From assembly GCF_009914755.1 (NCBI RefSeq), contig NC_060925.1: a DNA stretch of 64,000 nucleotides, one strand, 5' to 3'. Below the pieces are notes generated by a model. That model ran no database searches and was not told the origin of the DNA. It saw only the letters and a list, made by a program, of their open reading frames with translations. The DNA comes from the human T2T-CHM13v2.0 reference genome, Homo sapiens. Position numbers and translations under genes: made by a program. This document shows, piece by piece, positions 1 to 18,149 of this stretch. Numbering within the stretch: the stretch's first letter is position 1; every line of letters starts with the position of its first letter.

Positions 1-976
1 GACCACTTGCCTTACCCAGGAGTGGGCAGGTAGCATAGAAACTTAGTCTGCAAAATAGACAGTTTTTAAAGGACTCATTGGCCTGTAGTGCAGATTGCAT
101 TTCGTGTACTTGGTCTTCTGAATGCTGGTGTCTTATCTTCCTATTATATTTTGCATCTTTCCCAACCAATTTTCATTTATGCTCAGGCGTTCTGTCCTTC
201 CCCCCGGCTACCAAGACTTAGGGTGAGGTCACAGGGCGGGGGTTGGTGTGGGGATGGGGAAGCCGTTTTGAGGGCTGCTCTGGAGGAAGTTGCTGTATCA
301 CTGCTCCCTGGAGAAGGATGGGCTTGTGGCAAGAGAGAAAGAATCAAACAGGCTTCTCAATCTCCTTCCTCGCTCTGTACTCCGGCCTCAGACCACTGAG
401 GATTTCCATTTGCCTTCCGCTGCTTAGAACCCTTGGTAGGATTCACCTCATGGGTGAGTCATCTCTAGGAGGTTGTTGTTAATGCCGTTTGCAGATAGAG
501 AGAGACCTGAAGTTACAGAGTAATGAAGAGATTACACAGGAGTTCAATCAGAGATAATACTGCTTTTGTCTCAAGGTGAATATATGAGAATTGGAGGCAA
601 TATTGTAAGTTACGGGGTTACCCTTATTAAAAAGGGGAAGATCTGTTTCTTAAGAACAAGAAAAAGGGAGGTCACAGAGAAAGCAGAAATGCTATAATGT
701 TAAAGAACAAGTATGCATTATTCTGGGAGTGGGAGCAATTGATTGGTTTCAGAATGAAATATGCACAAGGTCGGAGAAAGGAGTATTGAGTGGAAGGCAA
801 GAGTGGAGTTTGAATTTCAAATAGTATTTGTGAGAGGAAGCCTGTGTGATCATGCCAACCGTGAAGGAGGAGAGATGGTGACTACTCATAAAGCTGCCAC
901 AAGCATGTTTGCAGTTGTCTGAAATGAATGGAAGCACTCATTTCTGCATACACATCCAGGAGTGGGATGTCAGGGT

Positions 977-1543
977 TGTAGTGTCCTGACGGACAAACTC
1001 TAAGGTGAGCACCAGGTACCCCCTCTGGTGTTCATACCCTTGAATAATCACCTCCCCTTGAGTGTGCGTGGGACCTGTGACTAACTTCTAAGCAAAAGAA
1101 TATGGCACATACTGGGATATCAATTGTGGAATTGCGTTATGTTACATGAGATTCCGTCTTGCTAGCAAATTCACTTCAGAACTTCTCTCACCCTCTTTTC
1201 AGCCTTGATGAAACAATGACCATGTTGGGAGGCTTATGTGGCAAAGGATGGCAGGCGGCCTTTAAGAGTTGAGGGCAGCCTCTGACCAAGAGCCAGCAAA
1301 AATCTGAAGCTCTCAGTCCTACAACCACAGTCAACAACGCTGTAGGCAGAAAAACAAATCTTTCCCTGATTGAGCTCCTGGATGGAACAGCCCTGGCTGC
1401 TTTCTTGATGTCAGCTTTGTGATACCCTAAACAGAGGGCCAACTAAGCTGTACCCAGATCCCTGATTCACAGAAACTGTGAGATAACACATGTGTCTTGT
1501 TGGGTTTGTGATAATTTGCTACATAGCAATGTATCACTATTAG
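977..1543 (+). mobile_element. MLT1-type (ERVL-MaLR) solo LTR
   Basis: Contains 'ctccccttgagtgtgcgtgggacctgtgact...ttcta' and 3' 'cacagaaactgtgagataa...taatttgctacatagcaat', typical MLT1 LTR segments; subfamily not resolved. Confidence 0.7.
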
Positions 1544-2310
1544 AAGACAAATCAGGATTCAAAGAAGCAGAACCACAAGACATATAGAACTCCCTTAACC
1601 AAAGTACACTTTCAAAGGAAATGAATAAATTCTCAAAAATAACATTTTATAATAGAACACTATGTAATTTTTTAATAGACTACTTTTCAGAGCTCTTTTA
1701 AGTTCATACCAAAATTGAGCAGAAAGTACAGAGATTTCTTATATCCGCCCCACCCCGACACATGCACAGTCTCCCCCATCTTTAACATCACCCACTAGAC
1801 GGGTCCATTTGTTACGACTGATGAGCCTGCACTGACACATCATTATCATCCAGAGTCCATAGTTTACACCAGGGCTCACTCTTAGTGGCACACATTCTAT
1901 GGCTTTCTACAAATATCTAATGACGTGTATTCACCATTACAGTATCATAACGAATAGTTTCACTGCCCTAAAAAATCCTCCATGCTCTACCTATTCATCC
2001 CTCCCTCCCCTCAAACCCTCTCTGGCAATCGCTAATCTTTTTCCATAGCATTGCCTTTTCTGGAATGTCAGGTAGTTGAAGTCACATAGTAGGCAGCTTT
2101 TTCTTTTTTTTTATTATTATACTTTAAGTTCTAGGGTACATGTGCACAACGTGCAGGTATGTTACATATGTATACATGTGCCATGTTGGTGTGCTGCACC
2201 CATTAACCCGTCATTTACATTAGGTATTTCTCCTAATGCTATCCCTCCCCCCTCCCCCCAACAGGCCCCAGTGTGTGATGTTCCCCACCCAGTGTACAAG
2301 TGTCCATTGT

Positions 2311-6123
<3,813 letters not shown>

Positions 6124-6186
6124 TATGATGTTAGCTGGTTATTTTGCTCATTAGTTGATGCAGTTTCTTCCTAGCATCGATGGTCT

Positions 6187-7211
6187 TTACAATTTGGCAT
6201 GTTTTTACAGTGGCTGTTACCAGTTGTTTCTTTCCATGTTTAGTGCTTCCTTCAGGAGCTCTTGTAAGGCAGGCCTGGTGGTGACAAAATCTCTGAGCAT
6301 TTGCTTGTCTGTTAAGGATTTTATTTCTCCTTCACTTATGATGCTTAGTTTGGCTGGATATGAAATTCTGGGTTGAAAATTCTTTTCTTTAAGAATGTTG
6401 AATATTGGCCCCCACTCTCTTCTGGCTTGTAGAGTTTCTGCTGGGAGAGCCGCTGTTAGTCTGATAGGCTTCCCTTTGTGGGTAACCCAACCTTTCTCTC
6501 TGGCTGCCCTTAACATTTTTTCCTTCATTTCAACCTTGGTGAATCTGACAGTTAGGTGTCTTGGGGTTGCTCTTCTCGAGGAGTATCTTTGTGGCATTCT
6601 CTGTATTTCCTGAATTTGAATGTTGGCCTGCCTTGCTAGATTGGGGAAGTTCTCCTGGATAACATCCTGAAGAGTGTTTTCCAACTCGGTTCCATTCTCC
6701 CTGTCACTTTCAGGTACACCAATCAGATGTAAATTTGGTCTTTTCACATAGTCTCATATTTCTTGGAGGCTTTATTCGTTTCTTTTTACTCTTTTTTCTC
6801 TAAACTTCTCTGCTTGCTTCATTTTATTCATTTGATTTTCAATCACTGATACCTTTCTTCCACTTGATTGAATCGGCTACTGAAGCTTTTGCAAGCGTCA
6901 CATAGTTCTCATGCCATAGTTTTCATTTCCTTCAGGTCATTTAAGGTCTTCTCTATGCTGTTTATTCTAGTTAGCCATTCATCTAATGTTTTTTCAAGGT
7001 TTTTAGCTTCTTTGTGATGGGTTCCTACATCCTCCTTTAGCTTGGAGAAGTTTGTTATTACCGATCTTCTGAAGCCTACTTCTGTCAACTCATCAAAGTC
7101 ATTTTCTGTCCAGCTTTGTTCCGTTGCTGGCAAGGAGCTGCGTTCCTTTGAAGGAGAAGAGGTGCTCTGATTTTTAGAATTTTCAGCTTTTCTTCTCTGG
7201 TTTCTCCCCAT
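6187..7211 (-). pseudogene. L1 ORF1p, disrupted
   Basis: Pieces MGRNQRRKAENSKNQ... and KRPNLHLIGVPE...ARREWGPIF...YPAKLS in different ORFs. Confidence 0.95.
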
Positions 7212-8869
7212 CTTTGTGGTTTTATCTACCTTTGGTCTTTGATGATGGCGACCTACAGATGGGGTTTTGGTGTGGTTGTCTTTTTTGTTGATGTTGATGC
7301 TATTCCTTTCTGCTTGTTAGTTTTCCTTCTAACAGTCAGGACCCTCAGCTGCAGGTCTGTTGGAGTTTGCTGGGGGTTCACTCCAGACCCTGTTTGACTG
7401 GGTATCACCAGCGGAGGCTGCAGAACAGCAAATATTGCAGAATGGCAAATGTTGCTGGTAGGCAGCTTTTTCAAATTGGCTTCTTTCACTTAGTAACATG
7501 TACTTAAGGTTCCTGCACATCTTTTCTTAGCTTGATAGCTCATTTCTTTTCAGCATTGAATAACATTGTATTGTCTAGCTGTATCACAGTTTATTCATCC
7601 ATTTACCACTGGAAGACATCATGATTTGTTTTGGTAATTATGAATAAAGTTTCTATAAACAAACAATCATGTGTAGATTTTGTGTGAACATAAGTTTTCA
7701 ACTCCTTTGGGTAAATGTTAAAGAGTTAGATTGCTGGATTGATCTCTGTAATTTTTGATATGTAAGTAGGAATGAGCTTAACTCATTGAATAATATTTAT
7801 TTCCATAAGAAAATTTTTACATTTGTATCATCTAATTTACTTCAAAATGGTTTTTCAAAATTTATACCTATAACAACAAAAAATAAGAATAAGATTGATG
7901 CTAAACTCTCTCATTCTAGCAGTAATACTCATGTATGGGCACGTGTACTACTTAAAAAAATTTCCGTCCATTTTACTAAGAGACGCATTCTAATAATTTT
8001 ATGTTAAATAACTATCGAACTTGTGAGATGTTTACATAATTTTCATTTGAAGTACTAATAAAAACTGAAATTTTAACCCAATTCAGAAGACATTTTTGAA
8101 CACTAAAATACATATGGACACAGAAAATTAAATAACTGAATTTCCATTCTTATACTTAATTTTTGTCTCCCAGAGTATGATCTATGTCCATGATGCTTCA
8201 CAGATAAATATATAAGGGAGAAAATGGAATGGTATAAAATTGCTTGCTGCTAAAGAAAACTATCATTTATGTATTTTAAAATAGATTATTATTGGTATCA
8301 AATAACTATGGTAATTAGATTCCTTAAATAGATATAAAAAGTAATGTAGTAGCTTTATTTTAAAGTATTAATATTTATAAATTCTGAAAATCATATCTTA
8401 TAACTTTCAAATTTATTATGGAAAAGATTCAGAATGAATGAAAACATTCAAACATGATACATTTTTTTTCAGAAGTCTTTTATGGAGGGTACAGAAGTCA
8501 AAATGTTTGAAGACCTCTGATAAACCCTTCCAACTTCCCTGTTCTTGGCACTGTAAATTTTCTGCATAAGCCCTAGCCCTCTGCTTCCTCACATGTTGCC
8601 AGCAATAAACAATGGTCAGCAGTAATCATGGAAGTCAAGTCGACCTATAGTGAGCAAATTTTCTGGTAAAGCCAAGGAGAAATGGGATAATTTTCTGAGC
8701 ACTGAGGTCACACTATGGGTTCTGTAAGAGGTAATTTATCAAATAGTTTTTTAGAAGAAATGTCAGCACATCACTGAGTGAGTGAGTCACTGTCTCTCCC
8801 TTTCCTTTACTCACAAATAATAATAATAATTGGAACCTGCAGTTTTACACATAACCTAAATCTACTGAG

Positions 8870-9110
8870 AGAGAATATAGTAGAGTGATTAAGATGATGG
8901 ACTTAATTAGTCATTGCTGAGTTTGAATCCCGCTACCTGCTTACTGCCTGGGCTCTGGGGAAACTAGTCAGCCTCTCTGAACCTACTTTTCCTTTTTCCT
9001 TTTCCGTAAAATGACAGTTCCAGTTCAGATAGTTGTTGAAAATATTTTGAGATAATGCATCCAAAGGGCTGAATACAGTACTGGTGTTTGGAAGGTGGCT
9101 AGTTAGTGAC
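8870..9110 (+). mobile_element. MIR SINE
   Basis: Core 'gagtttgaatccc...cctctctgaacct...gtaaaatg...gagataatgcat'. Confidence 0.65.
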
Positions 9111-10456
9111 AACTTTGGTTAATATTAGATTATTATTGTTGAAAGTCTTGACTTACAAAAGGAATCTTATGAAAGGGGTTCATTATAGGGCCCTTTCAAA
9201 AGGAGAGCTTCTCTGATATATTTGAAATATAATTCGACTTCCGAAAATAATGCAGGGTGGTAAGTAGTATCAGCGAGCTGTTACTGTGTAATGCTTCCTG
9301 GCAACTTACCCTGATCTGATCTCTATACCTTATTATGTATTGAAACATGGCTATGCACTCCATGAATATGTACAAGTCTGATTTGTCAATTTAAAAAATT
9401 AAATTAAATTTAAATAAAGTCTTAGTGGCTTCAAGCAATAGTACAAACATTTAAAGCCTGTGTTCTCCTCATGTCTGTTAATATAGAATACATTTGGCCA
9501 AAATAAGTCTCATGGTCAACCCCAAGTCAGAGGGCAAGGCAGTACTCTGTCTACCATGAAACCATGGCAATCTGCAAATATACAGTGAGGAGTAAAGATT
9601 TGGCCCAATAATACAATCTACCACAAGGGTAGAGAAACAGAATTAGCCCTTAGGGCACACCTGAGTTCTAGTTTTGGGGCTGCCAATTCCGTTGGTGTCA
9701 TAGACCAAGTCTCTTATCCAGCTTGACCAACATTACCTTTTATGTTCAATTAAGGGATTCAGCAAGATTACATCCTGAATCTCTTCCAGCACTAAACTTT
9801 TAATGCGTCTAAGATTTATTTACAATGTCTTAGGAAATGTACTACTCTGTAAGTGAGAGTTATTGAGAAAAGCAGCCTAATCTGACCTCTTCACTTTGTA
9901 GTGGAAAAAGCCCACTACTTTACCCCGATCCTAAATCATTGGAAATGGACACACATAATAAAATAGTTCCTTTTCTTCTTACCACTCTTTTTCCTTTTCA
10001 TTTCTTTTAGTACATTGACTAAAAATATATTGACTAAATCTCTTTGGATTAGTTATGTTGAACACTACTATGTGGTGGATTGAGTGTTTGCATTTCAAAG
10101 CTTTGGAAATGAGAGGAATGACCACTTGGATTTCTAATGCAACCCTTAAAGAGCCTGAGAATTTCTCTTGGCCTCAGGAGCACCAGGTTCTGGGGTAGCA
10201 TTTTCCAGAGAGCAGAGGAAACAGAAGAGGCAACCAAGAGACCACTCTGGTTTTCACTGGTTTGTTTACCTATGACAACTACAGGGGTTAGAATAAGTTT
10301 CTTGTAAAGGATGTTGTGCCACCGTTGAAGCCATTTCAAAGCTCACTGGGATCTTTGTGGAGAGTGACTTTCTAGAGATAGAGCAGATGGAATCAATCTG
10401 GCTGAGACCTATTCCTGGAGGTGAGGAAGATGACAGAAATAGAGGAATTTTAAGAG

Positions 10457-10622
10457 CTAGGTGCAGTGGTTCACGACTCTAGTCCCAGCTACTCAGGAGA
10501 CTGAGGTGGGAAGATCTCTTGAGTTTTTGAGTTTGAAGCCATGATGAGCTATGATTCTGCTATTGTACTCCAGCCTGGCTGCCAGAGTGAGACCCCATTT
10601 CTTAAAAGAAAAAAAAAAAAAG
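10457..10622 (+). mobile_element. Monomeric Alu (FAM/FRAM-like)
   Basis: ~165-nt 7SL-derived monomer ending in an A tail. Confidence 0.8.
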
Positions 10623-10999
10623 GAAGAGAGAGAGAGAAAAACTTTGAAAGGTTCTTGAGAGGTACAGCTCCTGAGAGTTGTCACTTTGAGAACAATTGAT
10701 GAGGGAAGCTACCGCAGCCCCGGATGTAGAGTTATTTATTCTACCACTGGAGATTCCTAATGAACAGAATTGTCTCTGCCATTGCAACATGAGCTCCCTT
10801 TAATTGGGTGCTCATCAAAAATCTTTTGATTTTCTTTCTTACTGCAAAGAGGTATTATAATTTCCCACCTGGCAATCTATAGATGTTAGAAGGTGAGATG
10901 AGAACTATTGAACAATTTATTCATACGACCCTTATATTTTTATGTGGTTCTCAGAGTGCCATTGAAGTTTGTGAACTTTGAAAAAAGGCCTTATCTCAA

Positions 11000-12858
11000 C
11001 AGGTGACCCTTGAAAAACATGGGGGTTGATGCACACATTCGTTATATAGTAAAAAACTACATGTGATGTTTGACTTCCCCAAAACTTAACTACCAGTAGC
11101 TTACCGTTGACTGGGAGTCTTACTGATAGCATAAACAGTCAATTAACACATATTTCATATGTCATGTTCATTATAGCTTATTGTATACTATGTTCTTACA
11201 ATAAATTAAGCTGGAGAAAAGAAAATGTTATTAAGAGAATCTCAAGGAAAAGAAAATATATTTACTATTCATTAAATGGAAGTGGATCATCATAAAATTC
11301 TTCATCCTTGTCATCTTCACCTTGAGTAGGCTGAGGAGTGGGAGGAAAATAAGGGGCTGGTCAAAAACAGCATGGTACTGGTACCAAAACAGATATATAG
11401 ACCAATGGAACAGAACAGAGGCCTCAGTAATAACACCACACATCTACAACCATCTGATCTTTGTCAGACTTGACACAAACAAGCAATGGGGAAGGATTCC
11501 CTATTTAATAAATGGTGTCGGGAAAACTGGCTAGCCATATGCAGAAACTAAAACTGGACCCCTTTCTTACACCTTATACAAAAATCAACTCAAGATGGAT
11601 TAAAGACTTAAGCATAAGACCTAAAACTGTAAAAATCCTAGAAGAAAACCTGGGCAATACCATTCAGGACATAGGCATGGGCAAAGACTTCATGTCTAAA
11701 ACACCAAAAGCAATGGCAACAAAAGCCAAAAGTGACAAATGGGATCTAATTAAACTAAAGAGCTTCTGCACAGCGAAAGAAACTATCATCAGAGTGAACA
11801 GGCAACCTACAGAATGGGAGAAAATTTTTACAATCTATCCATCTGACAAAGGGCAAATACCCAGAATCTACAAAGAACTTAAACAAATTTACAAGAAACA
11901 ACAACAGCAACAGCAAAAAACATCAAAAAGTGGGCAAAGGTTATGAACCGACACTTCTCAAAAGAAGACATTTATGCAGCCAACAAACATGAAAAATGCT
12001 CATCATCACTGGTCATTAGAGAAATGCAAATCAAAACCACAAGGAGATACCATCTCACACCAGTTAGAATGGCGGTCATTAAAAAGTCAGGAAACAACAG
12101 ATGCTGGAGAGGATGTGGAGAAATAGGAACGCTTTTACACTGTTGGTGGGACTGTAAACTAGTTCAACCATTGTGGAAGTCAGTGTGGCAATTCCTCAAG
12201 GATTTAGAACTAGGAATACCATTTGACCCAGCCATCCCATTACTGGGTATATACCCAAAGGATTATAAATCATGCTACTATAAAGACACATGTACACGTA
12301 TGTTTATTGCAGCACTATTCACAATAGCAAAGACTTGGAACCAACCCAAATGTCCATCAATGATAGTCTGGATAAAGAAAATGTGGCACATATACACCAT
12401 GGAATACTATGCAGCCATAAAAGAGGATGAGTTCATGTCCTTTGCAGGGATATGGATGAAGCTGGAAACTATCATTCTGAGCAAACTATCACAAGAGCAG
12501 AAAACCAAACACCACATATTCTCACTCATAAGTGGAGTGGAACAATGAGAACACATGGATGGACACAGGGCGGGGAACATCACACACCGGGGCCTGTCTG
12601 GGGGTGGGGGGCTAGGAGAGGGAGAGCATTAGGAGAAATACCTAATGTAGATGACAGGTTGATGAGTGCAGCAAACCACCATGGCATTTCTATACCTATG
12701 TAACAAAACCACACATTCTGTACGTGTACCCCAGAACTTAAAGTATAACAAAAAAAAGAAGGGGTTGGTCTTGCTGTCTCAGGGGTGGCAGAGGCATAAA
12801 CAAATCTGTGTATAAGTGGACCCTTGCAGTTCAAATCTGTGTTGTCGAAGGTCACCTG
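11000..12858. mobile_element. Tigger2-family (Tigger2a/MER28-like) DNA transposon split by an L1
   Basis: Terminal inverted repeats caggtgacccttgaaaaaca (11000) and tgttgtcgaaggtcacctg (ending 12858); internal halves flank the L1. Confidence 0.8.
11363..12758 (+). mobile_element. 5'-truncated L1PA (about L1PA6-8), 1.4 kb
   Basis: ORF2 C-terminal pieces (KTAWYWY, HCWWDC), 3' UTR and A tail; TSD aaggggctggtc (11351-11362) / aaggggttggtc (12759-12770). Confidence 0.92.
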
Positions 12859-12859
12859 C

Positions 12860-13105
12860 ATAATATGCCAACTCTATAAAGTTCAAAAACTAGCAAAACC
12901 AATCTGTGGTGATAATGATCCGACGAGTGGATACACTTAGGTGTATGGACTGGGAAGAGGTGTGTGGAAGCCTTCTTTCTGGGGTGGCAGAAATCTATCA
13001 TCTTCTGGGTGGCAATGTATGTGTATGTAAAAGGGTATGCACGTATGTAAGAATTCATCAAGTGCTTTGCTAGCTATGTTATACCACAATTTAAAAATCT
13101 CTTAA
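12860..13105 (+). mobile_element. Old L1ME/MC-type 3' fragment
   Basis: 'tataaagttcaaaaactagcaaaaccaatct...ctgggaagagg...ttctggggtgg' pattern. Confidence 0.55.
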
Positions 13106-13807
13106 AAAGGTGGTATTTAGGGAAAGGGAGCCACTCCACATACAGACATTGATCCTTGATGGATCAGTTGTTTATACAGGATGATGACCACCTAGGACCT
13201 ATGGAAATCAGAACCGGAAAATGAGAACTCTGCTTCCTTTGTTGATGGTGTTGTTCCATTAGTCTTGACATTAGTCTTGAATAGTGAGATAACTCTTAAA
13301 CATAATCCCATTTGTTTTGGATATCTACATGTTTGTAAATGGAAGCACATCTTATTTTCCCTTTTAAAATAAATGCTGCCTTTCTTAACTTCCTGGAAAT
13401 TACACTTACTGATTTAGGTGCTGCTTTATTGCAACATAATTTCTGAAGAGCATATGCTTAAAGAAAACCACAGTTTTGGGCTATTTAAGTAAAAAAAAAA
13501 AAAAAAAAACTATGACCATGGTAAAAATAATCAGGACTTTGTATATGCTATACCATTCCTTGCCATTATTTTACTACTTATTTGTTTTCCCCCAAAAGAT
13601 GACAAAGGAGGCAGAAGAATAGTGAAGCACAGTTGGTTCATTTAAAAGTTTTATCTATGTTAATTGCAAGTTTTTATGAAAGAAGCAGCTTGAACTAAGG
13701 TTTGAGGGGTTTTCCCTATTTATATTTCCATGGTTTAATTCCAAATAGTCCAACCAAATTATTGTTGTATACCGTTATTTTTTTTTTACTAAAAAGTTAT
13801 TTTTTAA

Positions 13808-13965
13808 CTTTTTTTTTCTTAAAGACAGGGTCTCCCTCTGCCATCCTGGCTGGAGTGCAGTGGTGCAATTCTAGCTCACTGCAACCTTGAACTCCTGGAC
13901 TGAAGCAATCATCCTGCTACAGGCGCACACTACCATGCCCAGTTAATTATTTATTTTTGTGTAGA
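13808..13965 (-). mobile_element. Alu monomer/fragment
   Basis: 'agacagggtctc...ggctggagtgcagtgg...tacaggcgcacactaccatgcccag'. Confidence 0.8.
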
Positions 13966-14037
13966 GAACTCAGATGAGGACTCTGGAACTGGAGGTGAAG
14001 AGCATTTCAGGGGTTGGGAAGTAAGAAAAGGGAACTG

Positions 14038-14414
<377 letters not shown>

Positions 14415-15638
14415 CTAATGTTTTGAGGCTATTCACTCCTCTTTGTTTTCTACTCTATTAGCACAAATAGTCTAGAGTTTAGCGGGAAGTGCTTTATTCC
14501 ATTTGAAACATGATTGCATAACTTGCTCAGAGTTTTTCACATGCTGCTAAGGATAGCATAGGATATCAGTTATTCTTCAAAGTGAATTCAGAGTATGTCT
14601 TTAGGTTCAGAAGTATTCAGGCTATGAACTGGATGCATATTTTATCCTACACATTAAAAGTGGCCTTTATTCAGGTAAGCTTCCTTAAGTGAGGTTTTAG
14701 GGGAAACTGAGTGCCCCAGGGGTTAATATTCAGTTCCTCATTTTCTAAGACACTTCCCCACTTTCTAAGACATTAATTTGCTGCTTGAGTTGCCATTACA
14801 TTTGTTTCTAGGTTTTTTCTATATGTATGAATTCCTTATTCTTAAAATCAACCTTCACGAATACACCCATGTAAAGCAAATAATTTCCCTGATAATAACT
14901 AGTCAGCTAGATGGGTTATACTATTGAGTTACATGTGCATTTATCTTGTTTTACAAATTACCATTAGACAAGAAAAAAATCAATTATTACAGAGATATTT
15001 TAATGAGCTGTCTTAAAAATACACTTCTTGTTGAAGTAAAATATCCAAAATGAAATGAATGTTAATTATAAGTGTACAGCTTGATGAATTATTACAAAAT
15101 GAATATACCTTTCTTTACTGCATCTAGAGCAAGAAACAGAATATTACTGGCATGTAAGTGATTTTTTCAGATACCACTATACAGGAGATCTTATTAATTT
15201 TAAAATAATCAAAAAAGCCACTGGCTTTCCCTCTGAAGCAAAGGTAGCTCCCTATGCAGATAAACAATGTTTCAATGAAAATCTAAGTGGATCCTGTCTT
15301 TTACAAAGAAGCTGTGTCTAGCCTGGTATTCTGCCAGGATGATCAAGATAGCTTACATACATTCTAATCAGTGTATCATGTGAAAAATGGGATCTTATCA
15401 TGCTTCTTGGAAGCTTTAGGTTTTCTTTGTAATTTTAATATCCCTTTGCAAGAGCTGACTTCCAGGCAAGATCTCTGTGCTGGAATTCCCATATGTTATG
15501 TATGTTTACTTGCTTTTCCACTAGATACCTTAACATTTCAGTCATGATTATTTTAAAGTTTCATTCTGGTGAAACCAGGTTGTCTCTGCATCTGGTTCTA
15601 TTGATGGCTTTATTTCTTCACAATGAGCTGGGTTTTCC

Positions 15639-15677
<39 letters not shown>

Positions 15678-16959
15678 ATACCTGAAAATACATGATTGAA
15701 TACTGGCTATTGTGTGGAAAAGAACAGAAGAGACTGAGCCATACATTATTGATATCCAAAAGTGGACACACATCTTTTTGTGTCAGGCCATTAGTGGAAG
15801 GTTGAGTCAGTCTAGCTGGGAATTGATTTAGGTTTGAGTGTGTTTGACTGCCTCTTCTAACTTTCCTCCAGCAGCAATTGACCTTTGCCTGTATCCTGGA
15901 GGCAGGGTACTTCCTATATTGTCCTCAAAGTGAGCTGAAGTTTATCCTACTCCTAACCCAGAAGCAACCGATTTTTTTTTCCTTGGCCCTAGGTTGACGG
16001 AGTTTGCTGTCCAGTGACTTAAGACTTTTGCTTTCTGTAAGGGTTGAGAAAGTAGGCAGGGCTTTATGCCTGTCCCCAGCAGCAACTATCTGATCACCTC
16101 CCACAAGCTTATGTTGCCTTGAGAGGCTCTTTCTGTCTCTTGCCCTGCCCCAGTTCCTCTCATGAGCTACTTAGTGGAGGCTCAGGGGTAAGAACTTGAG
16201 CCCGAGTGCAAGCTTCCCTGTGCCTGAGACATCCACCTATTCCAAATTGACACGTTACTCTATATTTTGCCTTTAAGGATTCATTTAAAATGTAGCTGAT
16301 TCCTTGTTACTCATTGGTATGGATGCCTCCTTTTTCATTCATCCTCTGCTAAAGGTAAAGCAGACGGTGTGTTTCATATTAACTCAGGAGTGCTTGGCAC
16401 TTGAATTCAGTTTGTTTGCCTTTCAACAACCTCAGCTCTTGATGGGCTCAATAAATAACATAATTCTGTTGACTGTCCAGCTTTCTCTTGTAATTTTCTC
16501 TTGGGTCTTTCTGCATCCTAAGCAGAAGTAGAATTTGGTTGTAGGTTTTAAGTAGTGTTAACTATGTATTTGTTTTTGGTGCTGGTAAAAAGACCAGAGA
16601 AGAAGAGGTAAATATTATTACCTATCTGAGATCATTCCTTTTCAGTAGCCATGGCCCCCCCAGGGTTGCAGGTTAGCCTAGTGAAGATAGAAAAGGAAGA
16701 TAGGAAGAAAGGAGATGTTATTGATATTTTGGTAATTGTTTATAAAAGGAGAGCAGCAGACAGAGTGACATCTCCAGCTCAGTTCAACAAGTAAACTTTT
16801 ACTGGATAAGTTTTTCTAGGATACTATCCTGTCTGTATCATAATATCGTCTCTCTGTTTCTTATAGCCTGTGCCTGTCATTATAAAAACCTACATCTCAG
16901 AACAAGAGGGTAGTGGGGAACATTTGATGCTTCCCTTCTTGAATCCTATCCAGTGCCTC

Positions 16960-17160
16960 TTTCACCTTCTTGTTCTCCTCCTCCTCCTCCTTCTTCCTCC
17001 TCCTCCTCCTCTTTCTTCTTCTTCTCCTCCTTCCTCTTCCTCCTCCTCTTCTTCCCTGTCTTCTTCCTCTCCTCCTCCTCCTCATTCTTCTTCTTCTTCC
17101 TCTTCTCCTCCTCCTTTCTTCCCCTTCTTCTTTTTCTCCATCTCCTTCTCCTTCTTCTTT
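16960..17160. repeat. (CTT/CCT)n pyrimidine-rich low-complexity tract adjoining an Alu tail
   Basis: Directly visible; abuts the poly(T) of the Alu at 17158. Confidence 0.9.
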
Positions 17161-17448
17161 TTTTGAGACAGGGTCTTGCTATGTCGCCCAAGCTGAAGTG
17201 CAGTGGTGTGATCATGGTTCACTGCAGCCTTGACCTCCCAGGCTTAAGCAGTCCTCCCACCTCAGCTTCCCAAGTACCTGGGACTGCAGGTGTGTGCCAC
17301 CATGCTGGGCTGATTTTTCAGAAATGTTTTGTAGAGACGGGGCCTCCTTGTGTTGCCTAGGCTGGTCTCGAACTCCTGAACTTAAGTGATCTTCCTGCCT
17401 TGGCCTCCCAAAGTGTTGAGATTACAGGCGTGACCACTGCATCTGGCC
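17158..17448 (-). mobile_element. AluJ
   Basis: J-type 'cactgcagccttgacctcccaggcttaagcagtcctcc'. Confidence 0.88.
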
Positions 17449-18149
17449 ACCTCTGTCTTCTTACAGGCTCTGACATTTTGTGATAACAAGACTTGCCAGT
17501 CAGCATTTTACCATCCCTGCTTCCACTCCCATCTACCCCCATGAATCTAGCAGTTCACAACACTTGGCACCAGCATCAAAATAAGATACTTCCTCAAGTT
17601 TCATAGAAAGGGGAAAATCAAGAAGAACTGAACCTTAATGTAATGAAAGACAGAAGAAAAGCCTCATGGTAAATTAGGGTGCTGCTCATGTGAGAACCTA
17701 GATTTTAAAAAGGAGATTAAGGGCAATTTAGAAAATGATATCTTTGATAAAGATCAGGATACAAAAAGTAGCTGAATGCAAATTAAATGGATGAAGAGTA
17801 TTTGGGATATCCATTCTGTTAAAATCAAGATGTGATACACCTTTTGTTTTAAAGTCAAGAGAAAAATTGTCCAAGGCTGCCTGTCTGAAGACTTCTGCCC
17901 CTGCAGAGACCAGTAAAGATAATCCAGCCATCTGATTATCCCTCTGTTTATGCTTGCCCAAAATAAGCAAAATGAGGACTTTTCCTATGAATCCTGAGAC
18001 ATCAGTTATTTTATTTTAGTACTAAAGTGCCCCACTGGAGTTGTTTGATGTTTTGGAAGGGCAAATTTGTAGACAAAGAAGAACCTTTGAAGTATTTGAA
18101 AAAGGGAAGTGATGGGATTGAATTTTCATTTTGAAAAATATACTCTGAA

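Noticed and set aside
16870-17360. Poly-S/P/E/R/K ORFs (also 30634-31211 and 19011-19277)
   Set aside because: Translations of simple repeats and Alu sequence.
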